From Bilabrum cf. latius (lineage: Eukaryota): a DNA stretch of 49,171 bases. A model generated the notes under the pieces. That model was not told where the DNA came from and did not search any database. It saw only the letters and a program-made list of their open reading frames with translations. How positions within the stretch are numbered: the first letter of the stretch is position 1; every line of letters begins with the position of its first letter. The stretch lies in assembly GCA_965178125.1 (NCBI GenBank), contig CBCXTV010000009.1:1-49171 (forward strand), read 5' to 3'. Both the position numbers and the translations under genes were made by a program. Below are positions 21,586 through 36,225 of the stretch, in pieces.

Positions 21586-23229
21586 ATGAATGTATCGTCA
21601 TCCGCGCCGTTGTGGGATGACGTGGTTGTCGCGTCGTCGCCCAAGTTGAAGCGCCGGCGTATGTCTGCGAAGGGTGTCCTGGCGTCGTCATACATCGACG
21701 TCAAGCAAACTCCGTCCATGTCGTCTTCTTCCTCTGGAGCTGCGGTCTCAACTGATAGTTCCGCTCAGGAGCCTTGTGCCCAGTGGAAGGTTTTAGCCGC
21801 GTCCTTGGGCGACATTCCGACGGTGCAGAGCATGCAGAACCGGACCGTCAAGCAGCGTCGGGACTTTCTGAAAGGTCGGACACGTCTGTTTCTATGGCGA
21901 GCCGTAGAGAGAGGTTTGGAGATGCCCGCGGTGCTGCAGGGGACGTCCCTGACGAGTGCGAAGTCTTTCTGTGAATTTCGTGCCAAGTTTGGTGCATTGT
22001 CTTTGGAAGCGAAGAAGACCGTGTCGCAGTTGTATTTGACGGCGGCCAACATAGACCGCGATTCAGTCGCCGATCTCCTGATTCCTGACAATGAGACTCG
22101 TGGCCCGCGCTGTAGGACCTTTCTGACCTTCACTTCCGCAGAATGGTTTTTTGCGGATGCGGAGGTGCGTGCGTGCGCATGCGTTGACGACGCTGCGCTT
22201 TTGCTCATGCGTCGTGCCGACGTTGTGCGTCTGTGGCACGAGTTTGTTTCTTATGCGCGCGCGCTTGGCGTGTTCATTGGAGCAACGCACCGGGCCATCT
22301 GTGCGGAGATATGTCCGCGGACCTTTCACCGACAGCGGAGCGCTCAAGTGCATTTTCACGTGTGCTTTCTCCGAGGTGCAGTGCCTGGTTTCCTTCGCGT
22401 GGTCAGTCACGGGGAAACGTCGTTTCGTGGCGTTTTCCCGTATATGCGACTTCCCGAATGTTTTGAGGGCCTGTCGCGCAACGGCGTCGGCGAGTGGTTT
22501 CCATACTTTTACTGCTGTGTCAAGAAAGTCGGTCATCTGTGGACCGATTTCAACCGGCAGCCGTTCCGCGATTATCCTGTGCACGCGCCATGGGTCATGC
22601 AGCTGGCCCAGAGCGAAAAGCTGTCGACGGACGCGGCGCGTGTGCTTCTTGAGCGCGTTGGCATCGGTGCGACTCGGTATCTAGCCCACCTTGATCTCAT
22701 GGACCGGGCGCGTGCGTGCGAACGGGTGGAAGCGTACCGCTTCGCGTTGCGACGTCGCGCGTGGAGAAGCGTGCCGGACGTCAAGGGTTGGCTCCGTCAG
22801 TACGGCGTTTTAATGGAACGGTACCGCTTTCTAGTCTTGGACGGTCCAACGGGCACCGGAAAAACCTCGTTCGCGCGGACGTTACAGCCGGAACGGATGT
22901 GTGTGTTCGAAGTGAATTGTTCGGGCGACACGTTTGCGTCACTAGAAGATTTCGTTTGGGAACGGGACGGGTTGATGTTGTTCGAAGACATCAGTCCCGC
23001 GATCGTTGTGGCGCAGCGGAAGCTCTTCCAGGCGTCGATGGCCCGTGTACGGCTTACAAGTTCGTCGTACCATGGGTATCAGTATGAAGTTTTCGCCCAT
23101 GGAACACGCATGGTGTGCACGTCGAATCATTGGGACACGGGTCTCCAAGCGTTGTCCGATGAGGACCGCGTGTGGATTCTTGGCAACCAGATATACGTGT
23201 CGGTAAAAGACCCGTTGTGGATGGAGTGA
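21586..23229 (+). CDS. rep: CRESS-like Rep, copy 2
   Basis: Same 599-aa ORF (21430-23229). Confidence 0.88.
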   Translation: MNVSSSAPLWDDVVVASSPKLKRRRMSAKGVLASSYIDVKQTPSMSSSSSGAAVSTDSSAQEPCAQWKVLAASLGDIPTVQSMQNRTVKQRRDFLKGRTRLFLWRAVERGLEMPAVLQGTSLTSAKSFCEFRAKFGALSLEAKKTVSQLYLTAANIDRDSVADLLIPDNETRGPRCRTFLTFTSAEWFFADAEVRACACVDDAALLLMRRADVVRLWHEFVSYARALGVFIGATHRAICAEICPRTFHRQRSAQVHFHVCFLRGAVPGFLRVVSHGETSFRGVFPYMRLPECFEGLSRNGVGEWFPYFYCCVKKVGHLWTDFNRQPFRDYPVHAPWVMQLAQSEKLSTDAARVLLERVGIGATRYLAHLDLMDRARACERVEAYRFALRRRAWRSVPDVKGWLRQYGVLMERYRFLVLDGPTGTGKTSFARTLQPERMCVFEVNCSGDTFASLEDFVWERDGLMLFEDISPAIVVAQRKLFQASMARVRLTSSSYHGYQYEVFAHGTRMVCTSNHWDTGLQALSDEDRVWILGNQIYVSVKDPLWME

Positions 23230-26200
23230 CGACAATATGCCTTTCGCATGCAATGAACAGCATTTCAGTCATGTCTTCAGCAATATGTTGTCGCTCCGTC
23301 CACATGCAGGGCAGAATGGGAGCCGGAGTCCCTACCCATCCATTGCCCTGCGGGTCGGGCAGAACGGGATCAGGAGTCTCCTACCCATCCCGCTGTCCGG
23401 TGCGTGTGGCACGTTCCGTCTCGATGGTGTGTTCCTCTTTGCGGTGGTACAGCGAATGCATGGATGGATCTGCGTTGCGGTTGTTTTACTCTGTGTATAG
23501 GCCCGCCTTCGCGGTGACAGTCGTAACAGTTTGCTTGCGAGGCGTGCGGTCGACGTTTGAAATTGCGTGGTGTGGGTTCGTCACGTGGTTCTTGTCCCGT
23601 TCGCTCGGCCCGTCCGCGCCCGCTCGGCCGCCCGCTCGCGTTCGCGCGTTTTTTTCGCCGCGCCCGCGCGGTCGCCGGCGCGCGCCCGCCTTTGCGCCCT
23701 CGTGCGCCCGCCCGTTCGCCCGTCCGCGTTCGCCCGCCCGCTCGTCCGCCCGCGCATCCGCCCGCCCGCCCGCGCACCCGTGCGCTCGCTCATGTGCGCG
23801 CCAGCGTGCCCGTGCGCGCATCCGCCCGCGCGGCCGTCCGTCCGCGCGCCCGCTCGTTCGTCCGCTCATCCGCCCGTACGCCCGCCCGTTCGTTTGCGCG
23901 CACGTCCGGCCGCCTGCCTTGTCCATTTGCAGGTCCGCCCGCCCGTGGTCCCATTCGATACCTTCGCGCCATGAGATTTCTGTCATGGTTATGCGCACAA
24001 AGCCGAAATGACGAAATGAGCTTGTCGCCGTCGTCATTTCGAGATTAGGGAAAGTTGCCAGGTTCAGCGTTCATAGTCGCAATGACATTCAATTGCTGTT
24101 CCAAAGGAATCAGCGGTGTGATTCCTGCGCATCACAAATGTGCGAATGCATCCGAATGCCGATCGTCCGCCGGGCGAAGACAGCGGACGAGGGTGCGCAA
24201 TTCATCGATTCCATGCAGGAGCCTACAGGCGCGTGTTTGAGCCTGTTCTCATGACGGATCACATTGTAGCAAGCTTGTGTTTTACATGAGGCTTCGCATG
24301 GGTGGTTTCGCCCCCACAGCGCTGTCGGCTGGAGACGAATCTGCAAGCGATTGATCCATTGCCTGTGGTAGGCAGAGTTTGCGAGTCGGGCATCATCGGA
24401 CCGCAACCAGTACGGAAATTGTAGGCGTGATGCGTTGATGCAGTGTGATGTCAAGGCCATTGAGTGATGTGCGGCTACGCGTTACATTGGAACGGACCAT
24501 GACGATATAGTCGTGTTGGCTGGCAGATTCCCTGTTTCGGAGGTTCGGCCTCGGATCTTGTCGTGTCGCGTTCGCTCGTTGACCAGCCCGGCTTATGCCA
24601 TGGCTGGCACGTTGGATGCAGCGGCGATAGCGACGCAGAAAACGCTCGCGGAACTCGACGTGTCAGACGGATTCGCGTTTGATGGAAGTGAAGTTTGACG
24701 TCCGGGATGGTGTCGTGCTTGTGGCAACTGAGAAGCGGGACTGGTGTGCCAAGTTAGTTTTCGCAAAGCCTGGCGAAGTCGTGTTGGCGGCCCGCTGGTA
24801 TGCACATTGCAGGCATTTCGGATTGTTTTTCACGCGTGGATAGCTTGATGTGAGGCATGTGCGATGAGATGGTTCCGTATGACCAGCTTACAGTGTCTGG
24901 TCAACAACGGGCGCACAGACGGTTGTATAAATTGTTGAAGGATTTGAAGCATCGCATTTGTGTGGTCGAGGCAGCATCGTTTGCCGACGGTGCGGCTGTT
25001 CCGACTTCACGTGTGCGGAGACATACTTCTCCCACATGTGCCAGAAGAGCGTTGTCAACGTTCATGTGTGTCTTAGCGCTCGAATCGAGGATGCTGGGCA
25101 TTGTGTGGCAGACATCACTCGCTCTTTTGTTTTGGGGCAAGCAATCAGGAGATGGTGGAACGCCTTATCTTTTCTGAGTCGGCGGATCGTTTGCGTGGTT
25201 ATTTTGTGGAGTGGACGCATCCGATGGAAATACAGGATCCCATCACCACCGTGATGGACACAGACTCGTCGGGGTGCGACGACGGGCCGCACGGCACCTC
25301 CCAGTAAACGAGCCTGTCGCCGTTCGGGGGGCCACGCCGCCGTCACCTCAGCGCAAGCCGTCGTGGCGCGTTTCAAGTGGGCGGCGTGAGCGGCGCGAGG
25401 GACTTCTCGCGCGATACGATCACAGTCGAGGCTCGGACTGGGGCCGTGTTTTGAAAAGCCCGTGCGCGTTCGTGTTTTCCCGTTTTTGTGCCTCGTTCCG
25501 CCCGTCTGCCCGCCCGCCCGCCCGCCCGCCCGCCCGCGCCCGCCTGCCCGCCCGCGCCCGCTCGCCCATCGTGCCCGCCCGCCGGCGCCCACCCGCCCGC
25601 CCGTCCGCGCGCCCGCCCGCGCTCGATCGCCCGCCCGTCCGTCCGCGCACATCCGGTCGTCCGCCCGCGCACGCGCGCGTGCCCACCCGCCAGCCCGCCC
25701 GGCTGCTCGTCCGGTCACTCGGTCGTTCGCCCGTTCGCCCGTTTGACCGCCCGCCCGCCCGGTAGACGCATCGAGATATGTTTCATGTCCGTCATGTGGG
25801 TTTCCTTTTCCCGTTATGCACGACGATCTTTAAATAGCGGTTCGTGTATCTCGTGCTCCGGTCAGTTGGATGTCGTTTGGTCGTGAGGGTGTTCGGGCAC
25901 AGTTCGTTTGGGGACAACTGGCGGTTGTCGCCACACGCGTTGTGGCGTCGACTCTTCGATCTCGTTGATTATGGCTTGAAAAACGATGACGGAAGCCACA
26001 GCGGGTGGTAAGTATCTCCAAAGGTGGAATCATGTGTACAGTGTTGCTCGATTTCAGCCCCGTGCGCCAAAAAAACGGCCCCAATTTCGGTGCTGCTTTC
26101 GCCCCCGAAAAGCGAGCACGAAAAAGTGAAGCCCGACTGTCGGGCTTCACTTTTTCGTGTCCATTTTCCTGGGCCGGAAACGGTCTCAAAACGAGACCCG

Positions 26201-29200
26201 CGGTCCTGAAATCGGGGTCGCGGATTCGTCACCTGCCTGCGGCCCCAATTCTGGTCCCCCTTTCCTAGCCCCCGCCTCGCTCCTCCCCTGTGCGTCGCTG
26301 GAGGAAATCCCCTTTTTCCGCGCTTATTTCCTTTCCCACCCTCCGTGCTGTTTTTTTTCCAAATCTCGTTCTGTTTGCTCCCGCACGGGTTCTCGCCGTC
26401 ACATTCTTAAGGCATGGGATGTGTTTCGTTCGCATGATGGGCCTGATTCTGCGACGGTGTGATGGGACGTTCCAGGGCGTGTTGCACGCGTATGAGGTTG
26501 GATCATTGCAACCGTAATCATGTCGTGCGGGCTAACGTGAGCCAAGTTTGGGAATCTCCGTACGCACACAGCCCACACAAGCGCCGACGTGATCGCAAGC
26601 CTGTCTCATATTTTCTTGTTGCGAGTCGGCGATCGGTAACGCGTGCGTTCCACCGAGAGTCGCTGACAGGGAGGACAGTTCTCGGGGATATTCGGCGGTG
26701 TGATGATGGATGTTGCATCCAACGCATGAACGATTTTGCCTCCATGTCGCACATGTCGTCATATAATCGTTGACAGAATCATGTTGTTGCATAGTGTGTC
26801 AACATGTACGAGCCTATGTAGGTCCGCCTTGGGATTGTGAGTGATTTGTCGTTACCGCATGACGTGTTCTACGCATATTTCTTTTGCTCGCCCTCCCTTC
26901 CCATCGTCTGTACTTCCCGCATTTTCGCTGTTTTGAACCTTCTCCCGCTGTTTTTGGACCCCCTTGCTTCTTTGCTATGTAAGTTTGGTCTCCGATTCAT
27001 GCGCATGAATGGCAGGTTCTGAGACCGCGGGGCGAAGCACGGATTAGGGGACATGCTGATATGGGGCTGTCGCGTTTCACTTTGCGAGCGACGTAAAACA
27101 CGGTTCGAAGTTCGTATGTGGAAATTTTTGGATGTTGATGCAACCGAGCTTGTGGGAATTCGGTTCCGCGCATTTACTCGTTTTTACGTGCGCGCTCATA
27201 CATGGCTTTCAGGAAAGTCCCGTCTGTGCGCATGCGTTGTCGCCAACATGGCGAGCGATACCCACGCGCGTTGGGTCACAGACGTTCTGGAGCGGCAAGT
27301 CGGCGCCCAGAGTGGTGCCCTTGCTGTCGATTCCGTGACATGTTTCGGCGAGCGGCAGAACGATGGAAGCACCTGATTGGTGGTGCGAACAACGTGGCGT
27401 GTGATCGTCGAGCGCCCGCCAGGTTTGCTCACGTTGCATGCGTGCATCACCGGCGCGGAGTTTCTCCCCCTTGCGGCAGGACGGGCCGCAGATGGCACCG
27501 TCCTCCCGTTTGGCGAGTTGTGGAACGACGACCGCCGCACTGGCGAGGCGCGGCGCACGGCGCGCCGCAGCGCGGAGTCGACCGGCGGTCGATCGCGCTC
27601 ACCCCCGGCGTCTGCGTGGCAGCGTCGCGGCGGCTGATGCGGTGCGTGATCGCGTCGAACTAAACGAGCCTTTCGCCGTGGTTCGGCGTCATGTCCACAG
27701 GATCGGGCGCGCGAGCGCGCGCTTTGGCGTGGATGCCGTCGTCGCCTTCGCCACTTCTGCAGTGGGTCGCTGTTCGACTCGAGAAAGATGCACATTGTCA
27801 TTTCATGCATATGAGCGTTGAAATTTCCGATTTTCATTTGTTGCGGTGTTTGGCGATTGGTTTTGTTTCACTGCATGATACATGTCGGAGATGCTGGTGT
27901 ATGCGAAGGATGCAGATTGCACATATTCATGTCGAGACATAACATGTGCCGACGTATGTGAGCGATGCGGAATCCATGTCCGCGCGCGCTCATCGCGTCA
28001 TTTCTTTGCTGGGGTGGATTCCGTCCGGGGCCGCGCGCGTGTTCGCACAGCGACGCCGAAGAGGCGGAAGCGTCAGCCCGACGAGGGCATCGGCGGCACA
28101 TGGTTGCCGGTCCGCGCGGCGCACGCGACGGAGCTCTAGCGCAGCGGGGAGGCCGCGCTGCAGGCGCGTCGCGGGGCGCCGACATCGACCGGGAGTTGCG
28201 CCGCAGGGAGCAGAGTAAGCATGAGCGGTAGTCTCGTCATCGATTTCGATGACGTCCTTGTCGATGCCGGATTGTGAGCGCGTAATGAGATCGGGCATCC
28301 CATGCGCAACAGAAGTACCTATGCGGATTTCGAGCCGCAGAGTTTCGTCCACATCCAGAACGGTCGGCCAGTCGTGGTGCTCCATGAAGCAATCGTTGCA
28401 TGACACGCATTCTTTTGTGCCGAGCATTGGGTGTTACGCAATTTCGAGGAGCTGTGAGTGTGGCATAATTTCTCGAGACAGGACATGTTGGTCAATGCAC
28501 GAGTTCTTGCAATTGTGAACCGGGGAACGAGCCCTTCGCCGCCCCGTCCCATGCCGGGACACGAGCCTGTCGCCGTCCCGTGCATAAGCTCGTCACATGT
28601 CCTCATTGGCTTTGTGAGCAATCCGACCATTTTTTATTCCGGAGGCTGATTGTCACACACTTCGGCGCCGACCCAAACGACGCCGGGACATACCTGGTGG
28701 AGAAGCTGTTGCCGCTGCAATCACTGGTTTGCATTGCGCGGACGACCGCGCTGCAACCAGGATGCGATCAGTCGACGACAGTGCGAAGCTGGTGGGAGAA
28801 TGGTAGGACGCATTAAAAAAGCATGGAGTTATCACAGTGCGGATCGTGCTTGGTATCAGCATTCGATGTATCGCCGACAAAAGTCGTGCTAACGGTGGCA
28901 TATACGCGTAATACCCCATTCATCCGCCCGCCCGCCCGCCCGCCCGCCCGCACAAGGGGGAGCCGACATTTTCTGCCGCCATTGAGAAAGCGCGGATGGA
29001 AATGGTGCGCCTGGGTCTGGCATGAATTGAGGATATAGACGCTTGCGAGACTCACCTTGTTGGCAGCCCCTGACGGCACCGATGACAAACATACAAAGAT
29101 GCCTGGCGTTTTGGATTGGCTGATCATGGCGAGGAGTTCCGAGTACATTTGTTGTAGATGTAATGTTGATGATAGCTTACCATCCACCAGCACTTTTTCA

Positions 29201-32200
29201 CATGCTGCGCCCGCTGCTGCCACCACCCGCTCGGCCGCCGCTGTAGCCTCAATCACCAGTGTTGGGTCAAAACCAAGGAAAGTCTCGAACAGGAATTCCT
29301 CGGAGGTGCGCGTTCTCAATTTCGCGTTCCCGCACAGCGCTGGAAAATTCCAGCGGATTTGATTGAAAGTGACGGTGGGCTGGCGAGACGGAGTTGTAGT
29401 ACCGCTCTCGGCGATTGCAGCTCGATCTCGCCGAATCTAACGCCGCGGCGTAGAAGAACGGGTGTGGCAAGCGAGGCCGTACGCTCGATGATATCATTCA
29501 TTCTGCATCGGCCAGCCACATCCGCACGTATCCCCGAAAAGGTTTCGCTCCGGCGCATGGACACCGAATCCGCCTTGCTCCGTGGAACGTGCCCGCGTCA
29601 CATCTTCGCGGTCCGCGCGCCATTCCCAGCTCTTCCTATCGTCCGCGCTCAGCCTCGATCAAGAGGCCGGGCCTCGCAGAGAGATCGCGGCCGGATTTCG
29701 GTGGCTGCGGCGGCATGGATTTCGGTGGCAGCGGCATGGATTTCGATGGCGGCGGCATGGATTTCGGAGGCGGCGCCGGCATGGATTTCGGTGGCGGCGG
29801 CATGGATTTCGATAGCTGCGGCGGCATGGATTTCGGTGGCGGCGGTATGCATTTCGGTGGCGGCGTCGGCGTCGGGCCTTCTACACCAGCGGCATATGCT
29901 TCCGTTGGCAGCGCGCCGTCGGCATCTCTCTGTGTGGCAGGGATCGGGTGTCTCTCTGTGTGGCAGGGTCCACGTGGCGTAGCGGTTGCAGAGGAAGCTG
30001 ATCGGCATCTTCAGCTCCGCGTGGCGCCGCGCACGCCCGGCACGGATGTCGATGGCGGCGGCGGCATGGATTTCGGTGGCGGCGGCATGAATTTCGATGC
30101 TGGCGGCGGGATGGATTTCGATGGCGGCGGCGGCAAAGATTTCGGTGGCGACGGCATGGATTTCGATGGCAGCGGCATGGATTTCGATGGCGGCGGCGGC
30201 ATGGATTTCGATAGCGCCGGCATGGATTTCTCCAGGGTCTCGACGATGTCCGGGTCCGCTTCGCCCAATGTGCTTTCGCTGGCAGCGCGCTGTCGGCATC
30301 TCTCTGTGTGGCAAGGGTCAGGCGTCTCTCTGTGTGGCAGGGGTCCAGGTGGCGTAGCGGTTGCAAAGGAAGCTGATCGGCACCCTAAGCTCCACGTGGC
30401 GCCGCGCACGCCTAGTACACCAGCTCGTGTTGGGCCAGGTGGCACCGCGTCCTTTCTGGGACCTTGTTGACTTTGACGCTCCAGTCGCAGCAGCCCGCGG
30501 TCCGCCATTCCCAGCTTTTCCTATCGCAAGGACCACAGGGCGAGCGCTTCGCCGGCCCCATCTGGAGGCCCATCCTGGGTCACTGACTACCGCCAAATGC
30601 CACGATCGCCGGATTCCGCATGGGCCGACCCGGGTGGATCGGGAGACGGAGCGCTTCGCTTGTCGGTCCGAGGCAAGGCCTCACCTCCAGGTGTACATCA
30701 GTCTTGCTCTCATGGGACCGCGGCGCTTGAAAGGGGCCCCGGTCGCGACCCTTTTCGAGGCCCGTCCCCGGTTCCTTTTTTGGGGCCCTCGAGGACCCCA
30801 CAGTAGCGTGACACAAAGCGCCCTTGGGCGGGCTTGTTTTCGGGGCCAGATTTGGGTCCCGAAAGGTGTGCTCGAAAGAGGGGATCGTCAACAGTTCGTA
30901 GGGACGCTTCGCGGGCCGGGTTTTGGCCCCGAAAGGGGTGCTCGAAAAGGGGACGCCAACAGGTCGTGGGACCTACCATTCACCAGTGCGCTTTTTTTCC
31001 ACCTGCTCTCCGCGTCACTCGGTTCACGTATACTACCTAAACGAGGCGGAATTCCGACTCGTCGGAGGGCGCCGTAGAGCTCGCCGGTCAAGCGTCAACC
31101 CGTGTGTGACCAGCGTAGGGGCGATCCAAGTGAGCCCGCTGTGCGAGGTATTCCTGGATCGCTGTTCGAAAGAGCTTTCGGAGCCCGCCTTGAGAGCTCA
31201 AGTGGTCCGTCCGCCTCTAGACGCGCCGCGGAAAGTCGTACAGAAGTAGAATGACCGCGAGCATGCCGGCCGGCGTGGCTCACTGACTGCCCTCGGCGGC
31301 CGCCGGGTGAACTTGAACATTTCGCAGAACACTTTCTGCTTGGTGTTCCCGAGCTCGGCGATGACGTTGTATTATATGGGCCAGCTGCGGGAATGCTGGG
31401 GAGGCCAGCATCAGTGGGTGGCGAGGAAGACCAATTCCTTCCGGTGGGCAGAGGGGTCCAAGTGCCGAAAGCGACGTTCCTTCTTGCCTTGCAGGGGTTC
31501 CATGGCCAGTCGACCGGGGCCGTAACTGTGAACGGCGCCTGGCTCGGCCACGTCTTTCTATTCTCGGAGCTCAGCCTCGATCAGGAGGCCGGGCCTCCTA
31601 GGGTGACAGCAGCCGCGCGAGTCCTCCTCCACTGGAGCCGGCATGGTGGCCTCCAGCAATCGCTCCCAGATCAAGCCGTGCGGCGCCGGAGGCATGTGTC
31701 CAACGCGCATGCCTGCTCCACCAGCGGCATGTGTGGCGCGAGCATGGATTTCGGTGGTGGCGGCGGCATGGATTTCGGTGGCGGCGGCGGCATGGATTTC
31801 GGTGGCAGCGGCATGGATTTCGATGGCGGCGGCCGAGGAAGGACCATCGCGACTCTATCTTCAGCCGGGAAACGAGCCTTCAGCCGTCCCGCGCATGAAG
31901 TGGTCTCATGTCGTCAGTATCTCCGTTCCGCAATCAAGCGTTCCTTATGTTTGGGGGTAAGCGTGTTCGCCCGCGCGCACCCGCCCGCCCGCCCGCCCGC
32001 GCCCACACGCCCGCCCGCGCCGACCCGCCCGCCCACCCGCGACCGACCACCCACCCGCAAGTCCCAGCCCGCCCGCCCGCCCGCGCCCGGCCGCCCGCCC
32101 GCCCGTCCGCCCGCCCGCCCGCCCGCCCGCCCGCGCAGGCGACCGCCCGCCCGTCCGGGCGCCCGCCCGCCCACCCGAGCGAACGCCCGCCCGCCCGCCG

Positions 32201-32751
32201 TCCCGCGCGCCCGCGCACCCGCCCGCCCGCCCGCCCGGCCGCCCGCTCGCCCCCCCGCACGACCGCCCGCCCGCCCGCCCGCCCGCCCGCCCGCCCACCC
32301 GCCTGCCCGCCCGCCCGCCCACTGGTGACATTGGCGAAACGACAGTTTCGCTGTGCCCATCTCCACCATATCGAAATGATGAAACGAGCCCGTCGCCGTC
32401 TTCATTTCGATCCCAGCATGATCGCAGAATCGCTCAGACATAATCGCTCCGGCACGCAATTACGGGAAAATGAAATCACCCGCAGGTCTACCGCGCACGG
32501 CAGGAGCGTGCGGATATCTGCACACGAACCACCGACCGAGTAACGACAGCACAAAAGTGCGCGCGACACACCGATACCCTTCACCAACGCACGGGCGCAT
32601 GTTCGGGAATGGGGCTCAGGATCGAGCGCACTGTCGGAAATGGGACTTGACATGAAGCTTCCCATCAGTGGCTCGCCCCCGCATTGCTCTCGGCTCGAGA
32701 CACATATTAATATGCCTGTGTACGATCGAATCGTACCACCACACTCGGGCC

Positions 32752-34663
32752 ATGGAAGCGACAATCGCGTCGCTCGCGAACGCGACGCGGGCGCTTCAGC
32801 AGGCAGTTCGGCGTGCCAGAGAGCAACACCGGCGGCAAACAGCTCGCATAGCACAACTGGAAAGACACGCCCGATTTTTGGCGGTCTTCGTTGACGTCGT
32901 CACCGCAGAGGCTTATCTGCGCCAAAAATGGCGGAATGCACCGGCTCCGGCTCTTGACGACGCGATCGCAAGTCTTCGTGCATGGCACGCTCCTCTTACG
33001 GAAGACGGTGTGCTCCGAGAGCAACAACGTCCATGGAGGTCAGAGCGTCTACAAGCGGCCACGATGACATCGCGGTTCTTGCGAGAACATGATCTGCACA
33101 GGTGGGTTCACGAGCAGAACTACGCCAATACACTCGCACCGACGACGAACGTTTCCTCGACATTACGCAGGCTCACGAGTACCGATCCGCGGGAGCCGGA
33201 CCCGAGGCATCTAGAAAAAGACAAAGCATCCGACAGTGGTGCCGGCGTTGGCGACGACGCTGGCAGGTGTCGCTCGGAACCGGGCTTCGACTCGATGCAG
33301 AATGTGTGGATCGACGACGCCTAAAGGCCACCGGACAGTGGCAAAAACACATCCGACGTTTCACGAAGAAAACCCAAAACGGGGCCATATAGCGGCCCTG
33401 GTTTCGGGGTCCGCACATATAGAACAAATACACTCTGGGCCCGGAAAACGCCCCCAAATTTGAGTAAAAAACCGGCTCAAAACGAATTTCGCGGCACGCG
33501 CGGTGTGGAAATGGTGCAACTTCTTGCGGGCCTTCGCGCCGCCGGACAAGTGCCCGGTCCACGTGAACATGGACGAAACAAGCATCCGACTCACCGCAGT
33601 TTCACAGGCAGGTTTTCTTGTGGAAGAAGCCCGACGCCGAGTTCGCGCAGCGGGAGGCTTGCGTCAACCGACTCCGAAGCGTGAGATGCGGAGCATGATC
33701 ACACAGATCATCTTCATCGCCAACAACAGCGACATCCAACCCCACTTGCCGACCATATTCCTCTTCTCAGACCGCATTGTGAGTCGCGAGCAATTTGACG
33801 CCCTCCGCCGCGCGCTCCCTCCGAATGTGCTTCTCTTACGAGGCGCAAAGGGGGGGATGACCACCAAATTAATGTGTTGCACGCTGCGCGTGCTCGCCGA
33901 TGCCCTCCATGCGTTCCGAGACACGCATCACTTTACTCTTAGCGCGGACACGTATCGAGCTCACCTGGGTCGCGCCGTATGGCATACGGCAAGTCGACTC
34001 AATTTCCACTACCATCTAATCCCCGCGAAAATGACGTGGGCGCTCCAGCCTTGCGACACGCACATCTTCGCGATTTACAAGCGCGCCATTGAACATGAAT
34101 ATCAGCTCCGCATCGCGCACGCGTTACCGCGCGAGCGATGGCCACATGCGCTTTTCCACGCCGTGCTCGCGGCATTCGATCGTGTCATACGGCGACGCAC
34201 GTGAGATCAAACATTCCATAGCAATGGGCTTGAGGGCTCGCAAATGAGTGTGTCAAAACGCGTTCTCAGTTTACTGCAGTGGCAAACAGTGCCCGAGGAT
34301 GTGCATGAGTGGCCATCGTTCCATGAAATACAAAGTGTCTTCCCGGATCGTAGCGTTGTCGACATCGATGCTGCTTTCGCCACTCTGCTGCATGGCCCGC
34401 GAATGCATAACATTCCACGCGCGCATCGCATGACATACCGACGTCGGGCTGAGCGTTCTCCTATTGCCACCCGACGCGCGGCAGCGACGACGGCGTCAGC
34501 CGAGTTAGTTCCAGAACCCAGCACACCGGCGCCATGACGACCCAGGACGCCGCCAGCGACGCCGACAGCGATCGCAAAACCGTCTCGCCGCCGCGATCCC
34601 CGGGGAGTGCGCCTGGGGCCACGTCCGTCGATGCCGTCATCGACAAAGGCGAAGAAGCTGTGA
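32752..34663 (+). pseudogene. pogo-like transposase pseudogene, copy 3
   Basis: Same motifs and lesions as copy 1. Confidence 0.85.
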
Positions 34664-36225
34664 TGGTCACAGCAGAAACGCAGAGGTAGAAGCGGTGCCG
34701 GCAAAGTGGGAGGCGTCGGACCGACCAAAGCCTCCGGCAGCGGTAAGGAACTCTGAGACTTTGCTCGAGTAGATCGACCGCATGAGAGCGGAAAAAAACA
34801 AAGCGCGCGACCTGAAGAAGCAGGTCGCGAAGAACCTCAAAAACGCAGAAAGGAGAAAGGCGAAACTGAAGCGTAAGGGGCGTGAATTGAACGACGAGTA
34901 TCTCATCGCAGTGCTGAAGATGCGACAGAATCCTCCGCAGGCGTGATCCAGCCGTCAGCAAACGCAGTCTCCTCGACGGCTGTCAAGGCTCGTACAGCGA
35001 AAACCAAAGCCAATAAGAGTTGAACGAGCGCCGCTCAGAGAGCACCCGTATTGTCAGCAGGAAGCACACACATTCCCATCAGTCGAAGCACACCGCACAC
35101 GAACTGACGCAGGAAAAAAAGCCAACATAGAGGCAAAGAAAATACAAAATGTCTCCTACCCATGCCCAAAATGAACTCGAAATACGGCAAAAAAATCTCA
35201 ACATACAGTTTAAACACCACGATGAACGAAGAATAAAAGCACAAAAACCTTCAAAGAAGCGCGTTTTTTTCGAAAATCAGTTCTCGAAGGGAATGCCAAA
35301 ACACTCGAAAAAAAGCGGTGTCACCGCCGACCCCTCTTTTTTTGAGGTATACCGAGAAAGAAGGCCATTTTACTCGAAAAAAACCATGGTGCCACCAAAG
35401 CGGTGCCACCGCCCTATTAATATTTTTTAAGGGCCGAGAATGGTGACACCGCTTTTTCTCGAGTAAAAAAAGAGGGCGGTGACACCACCTTTGGGGGCCA
35501 AAAAGAGCGAAAAGAGGGGTCGCCAAGAGGCCTTTGCCGGCCTTTGCGGAAGGACCTGCGTCGGCTTCACCTCATTGCAAGGGTTCCCGCGCAAAGTGAG
35601 TGGTACGCATCTGGTGGTGGAAGAGTTGTGTGAAGGAACGTGGTGTGCGAGGGAGATCTTCCGGAGAGGCATATGTGTCGTATGCTGCACACGGACCCTG
35701 AAGATGAGCGACAAAGGCATTCGGGAGAAGAAGCAGTTTTAGTGAGAAGGGTGGGTACGTGTCGGGATAAGGATGCAATCCTAGTGGTGTGCGCGGCGGG
35801 TTAACGCAGGTAATCGGTGGAGGATTGGGAAGTCGTGGTGGGAGGGTGGAGATAGGTGGGACGTCAATGATGGTGGAAGGTGTAATGTGGGCGAGGAGAC
35901 TCGGGTCCGGGTTTGTCGGCGTTCCTGAAACGTCAGGACATGGTGGGACCCAGGCTCTCTTGCGCGGCCGAAGGGTCCCCTCGGGCACGCTTGCCTGGGT
36001 CTGTGGCCGCTATTCTAGTTCCTGAAGACGTGTGCGCGGCGGCTGTCAAGGGCATCCGGGCAGGGTCGTGTGCCGGGCTGCGACGGTTCTGGCAGAAGTA
36101 AAATGGTGTGGCATGGTAAGGTGCGCTGTTGTTTGTGTTTTTGTGCAAGACGTCGGAATCCGATGCTGTTTGGCCTAGTGTTGTGTGTCCCTCGCATTCA
36201 TTGTGTTTCCCTTGTCCCTGTGACG

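Larger units (their letters stand above)
14648..29297. repeat. tandem unit, copy 2
   Basis: Near-identical to copy 1; differs by scattered small indels, a few SNPs (e.g. 15292, 29238) and a 9-bp insertion at 19724. Confidence 0.98.
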